The notes under the pieces are model-generated. The model was not told where the DNA came from. It was given only the letters and a program-made list of their open reading frames with translations, and ran no database searches. From Ruminococcus sp. (GTDB lineage: Bacteria; Bacillota; Clostridia; Oscillospirales; Ruminococcaceae): 64,000 nt of DNA. Positions 26,888 through 36,098 of this stretch are shown in pieces (position 1 is the first letter of the stretch; the number at the start of each line of letters is the position of its first letter). The stretch lies in the NCBI GenBank assembly GCA_045587105.1, contig JAZNBR010000056.1, forward strand, positions 479 through 64,478, given 5' to 3'. The position numbers were made by a program, and so were the translations under genes.

Positions 26888-27132
26888 GCTATATACCGCA
26901 CAAAGTCCGCTGTATGGCTTGATACAGGCTTTGTGTGACGTGGAATTGCAGTTTTTTTCATATTCGGGTCTGCCCGATTCTGGTCCGGATCGGCAGACTC
27001 AGGCCTCCAGATCCGGAGGGGCTTAGCTCCTCCGGAATATACGACCGTGTAGCTTAAAAAGAGCATTGATATTCAAGGGTGCTGGTGTGAGTCCAACCGT
27101 GGTCAAAAATTAACTAAGAGAGGTATATCCAA

Positions 27133-27408
27133 ATGTACGAAGACAAGACATTAGTCTGCAAAGAATGTGGAAATGAGTTTATTTTTTCTGCAGGTGAGCA
27201 GGAATTTTACGCTGAAAAAGGTTTTGTAAACGAGCCCCAGAGATGCAAGTCCTGCCGTGACGCAAGAAAAAATGCTGGCAGAACTGAAAGAGTTATGTAT
27301 ACTGCTGTATGTGCATCATGCGGCGGCGACGCTAAGGTTCCCTTTGAGCCCAAGGAAGGCAGAGCTGTTTACTGCAGCGAGTGCTTCGCAAAAATGAACG
27401 AGGCTTAA
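27133..27408 (+). CDS. Small zinc-ribbon protein (two CxxC pairs per half)
   Basis: 91 aa: CKECG...CKSCR and CASCG...CSECF; good RBS AGAGAGG. Confidence 0.8.
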   Translation: MYEDKTLVCKECGNEFIFSAGEQEFYAEKGFVNEPQRCKSCRDARKNAGRTERVMYTAVCASCGGDAKVPFEPKEGRAVYCSECFAKMNEA

Positions 27409-27562
27409 TTGATGTCGTTAAGGTACAGTCGGATTTATTCCGGCTGTACTATAAGCCCTTTTGCCCGATTACGCTGTATCTGTAAGTTTCTGTCAGATTT
27501 CCGGCAGGATCTCACAGGGACAGCTTATTCGCTGTGCCAAACAATCGAAAGGATGAAATATA

Positions 27563-27763
27563 ATGCAGGTAACAAAAGAAACAATTATCGGCGATGTTCT
27601 TGACGCAGATTTTGAGGTTGCACCCTTTTTCCTTGAAATAGGAATGCACTGTCTCGGATGCCCCGCGTCAAGAGGAGAATCAATCGAAGAAGCGTGCGCC
27701 GTTCACGGAACAGACGCAGATGCTCTTGTTGAGAAGCTTAACGCTTATTTTGCTTCTAAGTAA
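27563..27763 (+). CDS. Hybrid-cluster-protein-associated redox disulfide domain protein (DUF1858-like)
   Basis: 66 aa; the GMHCLGCP motif is characteristic of this family. Confidence 0.75.
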   Translation: MQVTKETIIGDVLDADFEVAPFFLEIGMHCLGCPASRGESIEEACAVHGTDADALVEKLNAYFASK

Positions 27764-27770
27764 TGGAAAC

Positions 27771-27808
27771 CGGCGTGCTGTAAATTCTGCGGCACGCTGT
27801 TATTTTTT
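27771..27808 (+). terminator. Rho-independent terminator
   Basis: 10-bp stem (27771-80 / 27790-99) followed by TTATTTTTT. Confidence 0.75.
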
Positions 27809-27824
27809 GATGAGAGGTGCATAA

Positions 27825-29276
27825 ATGCTTGATAATAGATTAAAAATATGTGCGGATTTCGTTTCCGGTCGTGGAATTGCCGTTGATGTCGGAACGGATC
27901 ACGCTCATCTTGCCGCTGAACTGGTAAATTCCGGTCGGTGCCGGAGAGTTATCGCTTCGGATATCAATGAGGGACCGCTTGAATCGGCACGAAAAACAGT
28001 CGAAAAGCATGGGATTTCTGACAGCGTAGAGCTTGTTCTCTCGGACGGGCTTGAAAATGTTGATCTTGAGGGAGTAACCGATATCGTGATTGCCGGAATG
28101 GGCGGCGAGACTATCGCTGAAATTATCCTTAATGCAGGAATTTTCAGCGACGATATCCGGCTGATTCTCCAGCCGATGAGCAAGCCGGAGCTTCTGCGAA
28201 AAATGCTGTATGAGAATCATTTCGAGATTGTGGAGGAAAAGGGCGTTGAGGTCGGAGATAAGCTATATACCGTGATTTGTGCTGTTCCGGAGCATGAAAA
28301 TCACCGCCTTCTGACTGAGTATGAGGCTATCGCAGGCTTCTTCGCTGACGACGATGAGGCAGGAAGAAAATTCCGCCAGAAGGAATCTGAACGTCTCGGA
28401 AGGATTGCCGCATCGCTCGGTAAATCGGGAAAAACTGAGGAATCCCAGCATTACAGTTCCCTGAGCCTTCGTGTCGCAGAGGGAATCTGCGGCGAATCCC
28501 AGAAGGCGGTTTATGACTTTATAAACGAGAAATATCCGCTGTCCCTTCAGGAAAAATGGGACAATTCCGGCTGGCTTGTACGCACGGTGAACGCTCACTG
28601 CCGGAGGATTCTGCTTGCTCTGGACATCACGAACGATGTCGTTTTCGAGGCTCAGCGAAAGGGTGCGGACATGGTAATTTCACATCATCCGGTGATTTTC
28701 GAGCCGCTGAGGAGTATTCAGCCGGATAATCCGGTCTATCATCTCGTGCGGAACGACATTTCGGCTTTGTGCATCCACACAAACCTCGACATCGCTGAGG
28801 ACGGCACGAACAGCGTGATTGCACGGAAAATCGCAGAAAAGATCGGCATTTCAGGAACCCCGCAGGCTCTTGAGGAGCTTGGAAACGGAAGCTCTCTTGG
28901 CTGTATCGTTGAGCTGAGTGAGAAAATTACGGCAGAAAAGCTTGCGGAAATTCTTCGGGAAATCTTCGGCTGCCGCTACATCAGGACGAATTCCGACAGC
29001 AATAAATGCCTCTCAAAAATTGCGGTTTGTTCCGGTTCCGGAGGCTCTCTTGCGGATATCGCAATGGCAAAAGGCTGTGACGCACTCATTACAGGCGATG
29101 TAAAACACGATGTCTGGATTTCGGCGAACAACAGATTGTTCACGATTTTCGACTGCGGACACTTCCATACGGAGAACCTCGTTCTGCCGGAAATCCGCCG
29201 TGTTCTTGAGGAAAAATTTCCTCTCGTTGATGTGGAAATTTCCGGGAATTCGACTGATCCGACCGTGTATTTCTGA
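27825..29276 (+). CDS. trmK: Single-ORF fusion: tRNA (adenine22-N1)-methyltransferase TrmK (aa 1 to ~225) plus NIF3/YqfO-family dinuclear-metal protein (aa ~228-483)
   Basis: Uninterrupted 483-aa ORF. The N-terminus (DVGTDHAHLA...ASDINEGPL) is TrmK-like. The C-terminus (KWDNSGWLV...ISHHPVIFEPL...GDVKHD...GHFHTE) is NIF3-like. Confidence 0.85.
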   Translation: MLDNRLKICADFVSGRGIAVDVGTDHAHLAAELVNSGRCRRVIASDINEGPLESARKTVEKHGISDSVELVLSDGLENVDLEGVTDIVIAGMGGETIAEIILNAGIFSDDIRLILQPMSKPELLRKMLYENHFEIVEEKGVEVGDKLYTVICAVPEHENHRLLTEYEAIAGFFADDDEAGRKFRQKESERLGRIAASLGKSGKTEESQHYSSLSLRVAEGICGESQKAVYDFINEKYPLSLQEKWDNSGWLVRTVNAHCRRILLALDITNDVVFEAQRKGADMVISHHPVIFEPLRSIQPDNPVYHLVRNDISALCIHTNLDIAEDGTNSVIARKIAEKIGISGTPQALEELGNGSSLGCIVELSEKITAEKLAEILREIFGCRYIRTNSDSNKCLSKIAVCSGSGGSLADIAMAKGCDALITGDVKHDVWISANNRLFTIFDCGHFHTENLVLPEIRRVLEEKFPLVDVEISGNSTDPTVYF

Positions 29277-29285
29277 GGTGGTATC

Positions 29286-30110
29286 ATGAGTATTCTAACA
29301 TGTCCCGTGTGTGGAAAAAACCTTGGATTTTCTGGGAAAACTTACACTTGTCCGGAGCGTCACAGCTTCGATATCTCAAAAAGCGGCTATGTGAATCTTC
29401 TGCTGTCGAAGCACATCGGCAGGACTGTTCACGGCGACAACAAGCTCATGCTTCAGGCTCGCCGGACTTTCCTTGAAAAGGGATACTACTCGCCCCTTCG
29501 TGAGGAGCTTTGCGGCATGGTGCAGAGGTACTTCCGGAGTGGTGCAATTCTTGATGCCGGATGCGGAGAGGGGTACTATACCTCAGCAATATATGGTCAG
29601 CTTGAACAGTCAGAAATTGCGGCGGAAATTTACGGAATTGACATATCAAAAATTGCGGTGGAAATGGCGGCAAAACGCAGAAATAACATCACCTATGCCG
29701 CCGCAAGCGTCTTTCACATTCCTGTTGAGGATTCCTCGTGCAGCATGATCGTGACACTTTTTGCACCCTATTGCGGAGAGGAATTCCGACGGATCCTTGC
29801 ACCTGACGGAATGATGATAATGGCGATCCCGTCAGAAAATCATCTATGGGAAATGAAGCGTGCAATCTACGATATGCCGTACAAAAATCAGGTCAAGCCG
29901 TACGAGCTTGAGGGCTTTCGGCTGGAAGAAAAAAAGAGGATTTCCTACCGTATCACGCTTGAATCCCAAGAGGATATACAGTCACTTTTCTCCATGACAC
30001 CCTACTATTACCGGACAGCGGCAAGCCAGAAGGAACGTCTTTCGTCGCTTGACAGGCTTGAAACAATGGTCGATTTCGAGCTTCTTGCATATCGGATTGA
30101 CCGCAAATAA
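29286..30110 (+). CDS. rlmA: 23S rRNA (guanine-N1)-methyltransferase RlmA family
   Basis: 274 aa; N-terminal Zn finger CPVC...CPERH...SGYVNLL, then SAM fold DAGCGEGYY. Confidence 0.85.
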   Translation: MSILTCPVCGKNLGFSGKTYTCPERHSFDISKSGYVNLLLSKHIGRTVHGDNKLMLQARRTFLEKGYYSPLREELCGMVQRYFRSGAILDAGCGEGYYTSAIYGQLEQSEIAAEIYGIDISKIAVEMAAKRRNNITYAAASVFHIPVEDSSCSMIVTLFAPYCGEEFRRILAPDGMMIMAIPSENHLWEMKRAIYDMPYKNQVKPYELEGFRLEEKKRISYRITLESQEDIQSLFSMTPYYYRTAASQKERLSSLDRLETMVDFELLAYRIDRK

Positions 30111-30112
30111 TG

Positions 30113-30146
30113 GTCAGTTATTTACGGAAATACTGACCAAATTTTC
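30113..30146 (+). terminator. Candidate terminator after rlmA
   Basis: GGTCAGT-loop-ACTGACC followed by AAATTTT. Confidence 0.5.
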
Positions 30147-30164
30147 AACAAAGGGAATGATTTC

Positions 30165-31916
30165 ATGGCTCTTGACGGAGCATTTTTATACGCAGTGAAA
30201 ACCGAACTCCAGCCGCTGGTCGGAGGTCGTGTTGACAAGATTTACCAGCCCTCACGAGAGGAAATTGTAATTACAATCAGAACGAAGCAAGGTGCGAAAA
30301 AGCTCTATATATCGGCAAATGCGAGCAGTGCCCGTGTCTGCCTGACGGACAGGAGCATCGACAATCCGCAGGTGCCGCCGATGTTCTGTATGCTGCTCAG
30401 AAAGCACATCGGCAGCGGACGTCTGATGGGAATCAGGCAGGATGGACTTGAGCGAATTCTTTACCTCGATTTCGAGTGCGTCAACGAGCTTGGCGACATC
30501 GTGACCGTTACGCTTGCCTGTGAAATCATGGGACGCTGCTCCAATCTTGTGGTCATCAGTCACGAGGGGCGGATTATTGACAGCATCAAGCGTGTGGACG
30601 GCGAAATGTCCCGTGAGCGGCTTGTTCTGCCGGGGATGACGTACTCGCTTCCGCCGAGAGACAGCCGCCTGAACTTCATGACAGCCACAGACGAGGAGAT
30701 GATTTCCGCAATCCGTGATGCCTCGCCGGCGGAGCTTTCAAAGGCTCTGATTCGCTGTTTTGAGGGGATTTCGCCGGTTCTTGCCCGTGAGTGGACGTTC
30801 TTTGCCGGCAGGGGATTGCACATCGACAGTGACCTCATATCCGAAGATCAGCTCAGCAGACTGCTTTTTGTAATTAAACGTACTCGTGACCAGCTGATTT
30901 CCGGCGAATGCTGCTTCACTGTCGCAGGCACGAAGGATGGTCAGTTAAAAGATTTTTCATTCATCCGGTTGTCGCAGTTCGGGACATTGATGATCACCAA
31001 GGAACTGCCGAGTGCGTCCGCACTTCTCGATTATTTCTACTCCGAGCGTGACAGCTCGCAGCGTACGAAACAACGTGCCAACGACCTTTTCAAGCTTCTC
31101 GTGAACCTTACGGAGCGTGTTTCACGCCGAATTTCCGCCCAGCGTGAGGAGCTTGCCGAATGTGCCGAAAAGGACTACTTCAAGCTTTGCGGAGATCTCC
31201 TTTCCGCCAATATGTATCGGCTCAAAAAAGGCGATATTTCGTTCTCTGCGGAGAATTTCTACGAGGAGGGATGTCCGGTTATGGAAATTCCGCTTGACCC
31301 TCAGAAATCGCCCTCGCAGAATGCTCAGAAGTATTACAGCGAGTATAAAAAACGCATTACCGCCGAGGAAATGCTTACCGTCCGGATATCCAAGGGCGAG
31401 GAGGAATTACAGTATCTTGACAGCGTTTTTGACGCTCTTACAAGAGCAGATTCAGAGAACGATATCATCCAGCTTCGCCTTGAACTGCGTGATCAGGGAT
31501 ATATAAAATCTGCCGGAGGAAAGACAAAGCCGCCGAAGGCACTTCCGCCGATTGAATATAAATCGAGCGATGGATTTACGATTTTTGTCGGACGAAACAA
31601 CTGTCAGAACGACCAGCTTTCATTGAAATTTGCCGAAAAATCGGACTTGTGGCTTCATACTCAGAACATCACCGGCTCGCACGTCATAATCGTGACGGAC
31701 GGTCAGACTCCGCCGGACAGAACTATCGAGGAGGCGGCAGTTATCGCAGCCTGCAACAGTCGGGGACGTGATTCAAATCTCGTGCCGGTAGATTATTGTC
31801 TTGCCGGATACGTCAGAAAGCCTTCCGGAGCAAAGCCGGGAAAGGTCATTTTCTCAAACTACAAAACAGCTTTTGTACGTCCGGATACTGAGCTTGAAAA
31901 ACAACTGAGGGTATAA
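30165..31916 (+). CDS. rqcH: Ribosome quality-control factor RqcH (NFACT / FbpA family)
   Basis: 583 aa; N-terminal NFACT-N (MALDGAFLYAV...) and C-terminal NFACT-R (GFTIFVGRNNCQND...LHTQNITGSHVII). Confidence 0.9.
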   Translation: MALDGAFLYAVKTELQPLVGGRVDKIYQPSREEIVITIRTKQGAKKLYISANASSARVCLTDRSIDNPQVPPMFCMLLRKHIGSGRLMGIRQDGLERILYLDFECVNELGDIVTVTLACEIMGRCSNLVVISHEGRIIDSIKRVDGEMSRERLVLPGMTYSLPPRDSRLNFMTATDEEMISAIRDASPAELSKALIRCFEGISPVLAREWTFFAGRGLHIDSDLISEDQLSRLLFVIKRTRDQLISGECCFTVAGTKDGQLKDFSFIRLSQFGTLMITKELPSASALLDYFYSERDSSQRTKQRANDLFKLLVNLTERVSRRISAQREELAECAEKDYFKLCGDLLSANMYRLKKGDISFSAENFYEEGCPVMEIPLDPQKSPSQNAQKYYSEYKKRITAEEMLTVRISKGEEELQYLDSVFDALTRADSENDIIQLRLELRDQGYIKSAGGKTKPPKALPPIEYKSSDGFTIFVGRNNCQNDQLSLKFAEKSDLWLHTQNITGSHVIIVTDGQTPPDRTIEEAAVIAACNSRGRDSNLVPVDYCLAGYVRKPSGAKPGKVIFSNYKTAFVRPDTELEKQLRV

Positions 31917-31918
31917 TT

Positions 31919-32437
31919 ATGGCAAAGATTCTTACTGACGATTTCTTTCACCGTGACGCTCTGGAGGTCGCACCTGAGCTTGTCGGAAAGATTCTCGTGA
32001 GGACGCTTGACGACGGAACGGAGCTTCGTGAACGCATTACCGAAACCGAGGCATATCGCGGCGAGGAGGACAAGGGCTGTCATGCCGCAAAGGGACGCAC
32101 GAAGCGGACGGAGGTTCTCTACGGCGAAAGCGGCAGAATTTACGTCTACCTCTGCTACGGCGTGCATTGGCTGATGAACGTCATAACCGGTGAAATCGAC
32201 CAGCCGCAGGGCGTGCTTTTCAGGTGCGGCGAACTTCACAATGGTCCCGGAAAGCTGACGAAATTCCTCGGAGTTGACGGCTCCTTCAACGGCGGAAGCT
32301 TCTGCGGAAACGACAGAATCAGGATAGAGGACGACGGCTTCAGACCGCAGCTCACAACGGCTCCGAGAGTCGGAATTGATTACGCGGGGGATTACTGGAA
32401 GAACGTAGAATGGCGATTCATAGCCGACAGGAAGTGA
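31919..32437 (+). CDS. mpg: DNA-3-methyladenine glycosylase (Mpg/AAG family)
   Basis: 172 aa: ITETEAYRGEEDKGCHA...YLCYGVHWLMNV. Confidence 0.88.
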   Translation: MAKILTDDFFHRDALEVAPELVGKILVRTLDDGTELRERITETEAYRGEEDKGCHAAKGRTKRTEVLYGESGRIYVYLCYGVHWLMNVITGEIDQPQGVLFRCGELHNGPGKLTKFLGVDGSFNGGSFCGNDRIRIEDDGFRPQLTTAPRVGIDYAGDYWKNVEWRFIADRK

Positions 32438-32441
32438 TTTT

Positions 32442-33221
32442 ATGAACATTTACAGCGTGGGATTCCATTCGGTTTTCGACAGCGGATATGATGTCCGCCG
32501 GAGCGTCGGGAACGATCGTTTTTTCCTGATTTTTACGAAAAGTCGGGTTCTTCTGGATTTCGGAAACGGATATGCCGGATATCCGGCAGGAACGGCAGTT
32601 CTCTGCGGCGGCGGATATATCACCGGATTCCGTGCCGATTCTGAGCCTTTTATCTGCGACTGGATTGAATTCGGCGGTCAGAATGCCTGTGATTTCGTCG
32701 GCTCCCTTGATATCCGGCTGAATCACCCGATGAGAGTATCAGACGGCGACTTTATCAGCGGGCTTATCAGGAATATTACAACGGAATTTTACTCGCTCAG
32801 CTCCCGACGTGTGAATATGCTCGACAGCCTTCTGAAAACGCTCCTGATGAAGCTCTCGGAAACCGGTGTTCAGCGGAACAGTCCGCAGCTTTCCACAGTG
32901 CCGCACTACAATGAGCTTGTTGAGCTTAGATCGAAGATATACCGTAATCCACAGCTGAAATGGAATGTGGATTCAATGGCGGCTGACGTCAATATGTCAA
33001 GGTCGTACTTCCAGCATCTTTACAGCGAAATCTTCGGTGTATCGTGCATTACGGATGTAATAAACGGCAAGATTGAAAAGGCAAAGGAGATTCTCAGCGA
33101 GACGAACTGTACCATTTCGCAGGTTGCTTCGATGTGCGGGTACGACAACGAGGAGCATTTTATGAGGCAGTTCAAGAAGGTTGTCGGAACAACAGCGGCA
33201 AAATACAGGAAGAACGGATGA
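32442..33221 (+). CDS. AraC-family transcriptional regulator
   Basis: 259 aa; C-terminal double HTH (ISQVASMCGYDNEEHFMRQFKK). Confidence 0.85.
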   Translation: MNIYSVGFHSVFDSGYDVRRSVGNDRFFLIFTKSRVLLDFGNGYAGYPAGTAVLCGGGYITGFRADSEPFICDWIEFGGQNACDFVGSLDIRLNHPMRVSDGDFISGLIRNITTEFYSLSSRRVNMLDSLLKTLLMKLSETGVQRNSPQLSTVPHYNELVELRSKIYRNPQLKWNVDSMAADVNMSRSYFQHLYSEIFGVSCITDVINGKIEKAKEILSETNCTISQVASMCGYDNEEHFMRQFKKVVGTTAAKYRKNG

Positions 33222-33231
33222 GGTGCGTAAA

Positions 33232-33594
33232 ATGACGGAATATCTGAAAAAATACATGAAATCCATAAATGAACGGCTTTCCGGTTACAGCAGCCGCGAG
33301 GAGCTTGAGGAAATTTTCAGCGAGCATAAAGACAAAATCGCATTCATGCAGCATGAGCGTATTGTTCATTTCCTCGTTACGATGATGTTCGCCGTGATTC
33401 TCACGATATTCATGGCGGCAGTGCTGTTTCTGGAAAATCTCATGCTGATTGTCCTCGTGACGATCATCATAATTCTGCTTGGATTCTACATAAAGCACTA
33501 CTATTTTCTTGAAAATACCGTGCAGGAGATGTACAGGGTGTACGACAGAATCCTCGAAGAACGCAGAAAAACAGCGAAGGAGGAAGAAGCTTGA
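33232..33594 (+). CDS. Hypothetical two-TM membrane protein
   Basis: ORF 33181..33594 trimmed to ATG 33232; two hydrophobic helices; no recognisable family. Confidence 0.55.
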   Translation: MTEYLKKYMKSINERLSGYSSREELEEIFSEHKDKIAFMQHERIVHFLVTMMFAVILTIFMAAVLFLENLMLIVLVTIIIILLGFYIKHYYFLENTVQEMYRVYDRILEERRKTAKEEEA

Positions 33595-34223
33595 CGAAAA
33601 AGGAAATTGCAGCTCTTGCGTGCAGGGAGCTTGAAAGGCTCTATCCCGATATCGGATGTACTCTCGACTACGAAAAGCCCTACGAGCTGATGTTTGCGGC
33701 ACGTCTTGCGGCTCAGTGTACGGACGCAAGGGTGAATATCGTCACGAAAACGCTTTTTGTGAAATATCCCACGCTTCAGGCATTCGCAGACGCCGATCTT
33801 CAGGAGCTTGAACAGGATGTCCGACCGTGCGGATTTTACAGGACAAAGGCTCTCAGTCTGAAAACAATGGCGGCACAGCTGATTGAGAATTTCGGCGGCG
33901 AGGTTCCCTCCACTATGGAGGAGCTTCTCACGCTGTCAGGAATCGGCAGAAAGACGGCAAATCTCATGCTCGGCGATGTTTTCGGAAAGCCGGCGATTGT
34001 TACCGATACGCACTGCATCAGGATTTCGGGACGTCTCGGACTTACCGAAAGCAAGGAGCCTGCAAAGGTCGAAAGGGAGCTTGTAAAGCTGATTCCGCCG
34101 GAAATTTCGTCTCATTTCTGTCATCAGACAGTCCAGTTCGGACGTGATATCTGTCGTGCGAGAAAGCCGGAATGCGGTATATGTCCGCTGAATTATTTCT
34201 GCAAGCACTATAATGAATTATGA
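33591..34223 (+). CDS. nth: Endonuclease III
   Basis: 210 aa; HhH-GPD (LSGIGRKTANLM), Fe-S cluster C-x6-C-x2-C-x5-C at the C-terminus; apparent TTG start. Confidence 0.9.
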   Translation: MTKKEIAALACRELERLYPDIGCTLDYEKPYELMFAARLAAQCTDARVNIVTKTLFVKYPTLQAFADADLQELEQDVRPCGFYRTKALSLKTMAAQLIENFGGEVPSTMEELLTLSGIGRKTANLMLGDVFGKPAIVTDTHCIRISGRLGLTESKEPAKVERELVKLIPPEISSHFCHQTVQFGRDICRARKPECGICPLNYFCKHYNEL

Positions 34224-34392
34224 GCTATTAGCCTTTAGCCATTAGCTTATGGTGTCCCTTCGGGACGGATTGAAATATTATACCAGAAAATTATATGAAA
34301 CCGTTTGTAGGGGCGACCCTTGCGGTCGCCCATTGCATTTTGTATAGATGATTGACGGACCCACAACGACACAAAACAACGTAAAATAGCCG
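34223..34392. repeat. Mosaic repeat cluster f
   Basis: TTAGC-type heptamers, B(+) 34249-34276, AT-rich linker, GTAGGG-hairpin 34306-34331, tail. Collinear with the reverse complement of cluster e and with cluster h. Confidence 0.9.
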
Positions 34393-34435
34393 AAATAAGG
34401 TTTTATGGGGAGAAAAATTTCAGGAAGGTGATTAA

Positions 34436-35821
34436 ATGAACAGGAAGCTTAAAAGGTTAATTTCATCCGCAGTATCGCTGACAGCGATTCTTACTCTCTC
34501 AGCCTCGATGACTGCTTATGCCGATATTGAGCCAAATCCTCTCATCAGCAGGAATGCTCCGGCATATGATAACGCAGGTGCTTCGTACTCCGCAAAGCAG
34601 GGCAACGACGAGCATTATTTCTCATTCTGGAACGTCAGCGCTCCGAATTATCTCGCCTACGATCTCTCAGCAGTTCCTCAGGAACAGCGTAAATCCGTCA
34701 TGGCGGTGTGGTACAATACAAGCTCCTACGACGGAATAGGTCAGTATCAGTCACGGAACATGGAGCCTTTCAGCTACACTATCGAGGTGAACAAGGCTGA
34801 TGGCGGCGAATATCCGACTGATGGCTGGGAGGTTGCTGTAACCGTGGACGACAACACGCTCAGCTCTCGTCAGCATGCCGTTGACATGGAGGGATACAAC
34901 TGGATACGTCTTAATGTGAAGTCAACAGACGGCGGTACAGGCTCGAATATCAGCGTGAATTTTGATGTCCACGATATATCCGGCGGAATTTCGGACAGCT
35001 GGCTGTTTTTAGGGGATTCCATTACTGCCGGAGGAATGCACAACTGCTACGGCACAGGCTTTGCAACGTATGTTAATCAGCTTGACAGCCGCTATTTCCC
35101 CATTCAGGAGAACGGCGGAATCGGCGGAATACGCTCCGATGACGGCAAGGAGAACATCGACCGCTGGCTTGAAGCCTATGGCGGAAAATACGTCAGCATT
35201 GCCTACGGAACCAACGACGCATGGGGCAATGACGGCTCCGGTGCGGAAACCTACTACAACAACACAAAGTACATGATAGACGCAGTTCTTGCGGCAGGGA
35301 AGGTTCCCGTACTGCCGAAGATTCCGTATTCCACCAATGCGGATGTTGCCGGACATCTCGGCGATTTCAACGCAATGATCGACAGGCTCTATGAGGAATA
35401 CGGCGAAAAACTCGTTCAGGGACCTGATTTTGAAACGTATTTCCGTAAGAATCCCGAAGGTCTCAGCAGTGACGGAGTTCATCCTTCGTCCGAGGGTTAT
35501 GACGAAATGAGAAGGCTGTGGGCGGAAACGATGTACGAGAGGGTGTACAAAGCGGAGACTGCTCCTCCGCCGGCTGATGAGCCAGATTACGGTGACGCAA
35601 ATCTTGACGGAAATGTAAATCTCTCTGATGCCATTCTGATAATGCAGGCGATAGGAAATCCCGATATGTACGGAATTAACGGCAGTGATTCCTCTCACAT
35701 CACGGAAAAGGGAGCGAAAAATGCCGATGTTTCCGGCGGCGGAGACGGTATAACCAACAATGACGCTCTTACTATCCAGAAATATCTCCTTAAAATGATT
35801 GAAAAACTTCCGGAATCTTAG
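34436..35821 (+). CDS. Secreted SGNH/GDSL esterase with an N-terminal carbohydrate-binding-like domain and a C-terminal dockerin
   Basis: 461 aa with signal peptide, FLGDSIT block, DGVHPS block, and C-terminal DANLDGNVNLSD...GITNNDALTIQKYLL (dockerin). Confidence 0.85.
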   Translation: MNRKLKRLISSAVSLTAILTLSASMTAYADIEPNPLISRNAPAYDNAGASYSAKQGNDEHYFSFWNVSAPNYLAYDLSAVPQEQRKSVMAVWYNTSSYDGIGQYQSRNMEPFSYTIEVNKADGGEYPTDGWEVAVTVDDNTLSSRQHAVDMEGYNWIRLNVKSTDGGTGSNISVNFDVHDISGGISDSWLFLGDSITAGGMHNCYGTGFATYVNQLDSRYFPIQENGGIGGIRSDDGKENIDRWLEAYGGKYVSIAYGTNDAWGNDGSGAETYYNNTKYMIDAVLAAGKVPVLPKIPYSTNADVAGHLGDFNAMIDRLYEEYGEKLVQGPDFETYFRKNPEGLSSDGVHPSSEGYDEMRRLWAETMYERVYKAETAPPPADEPDYGDANLDGNVNLSDAILIMQAIGNPDMYGINGSDSSHITEKGAKNADVSGGGDGITNNDALTIQKYLLKMIEKLPES

Positions 35822-36098
35822 GCAGCGTGACGCTGCACCCGGCTCACGTTTCCGTGCTTCGCACTCACTCTGTACGAGGCGGCAGTCTGCTATCGCATAC
35901 GGCAGAAATACCTGACGATAATTTGTAGGGGCGGACACATAGGTCCGCCCCTACAAATTGATAACGTCAGAAATGTGAGTTTTTTAAATTCATCGGCGAA
36001 GCCGATACAATTAATTCCGAATTCCGAATTCCGCATTCCGCATTAAAATTCTGCCGTATGCGATAGCAGACTGCTGCTCCGTACAGAGTCACGCTGCA
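35821..36098. repeat. Mosaic repeat cluster g
   Basis: L'(+) begins on the G of the TAG stop. Contains a 32-bp perfect palindrome TGTAGGGGCGGAC-loop-GTCCGCCCCTACA at 35924-35955, B(-), heptamers and a partial L'(-). Fills the whole convergent gap. Confidence 0.9.

Noticed and set aside
27409-27603. 64-aa ORF between the zinc-ribbon gene and the redox-disulfide gene
   Set aside because: It starts inside the terminator hairpin of the upstream gene, lacks an RBS, and overlaps the better-supported 27563..27763 CDS.
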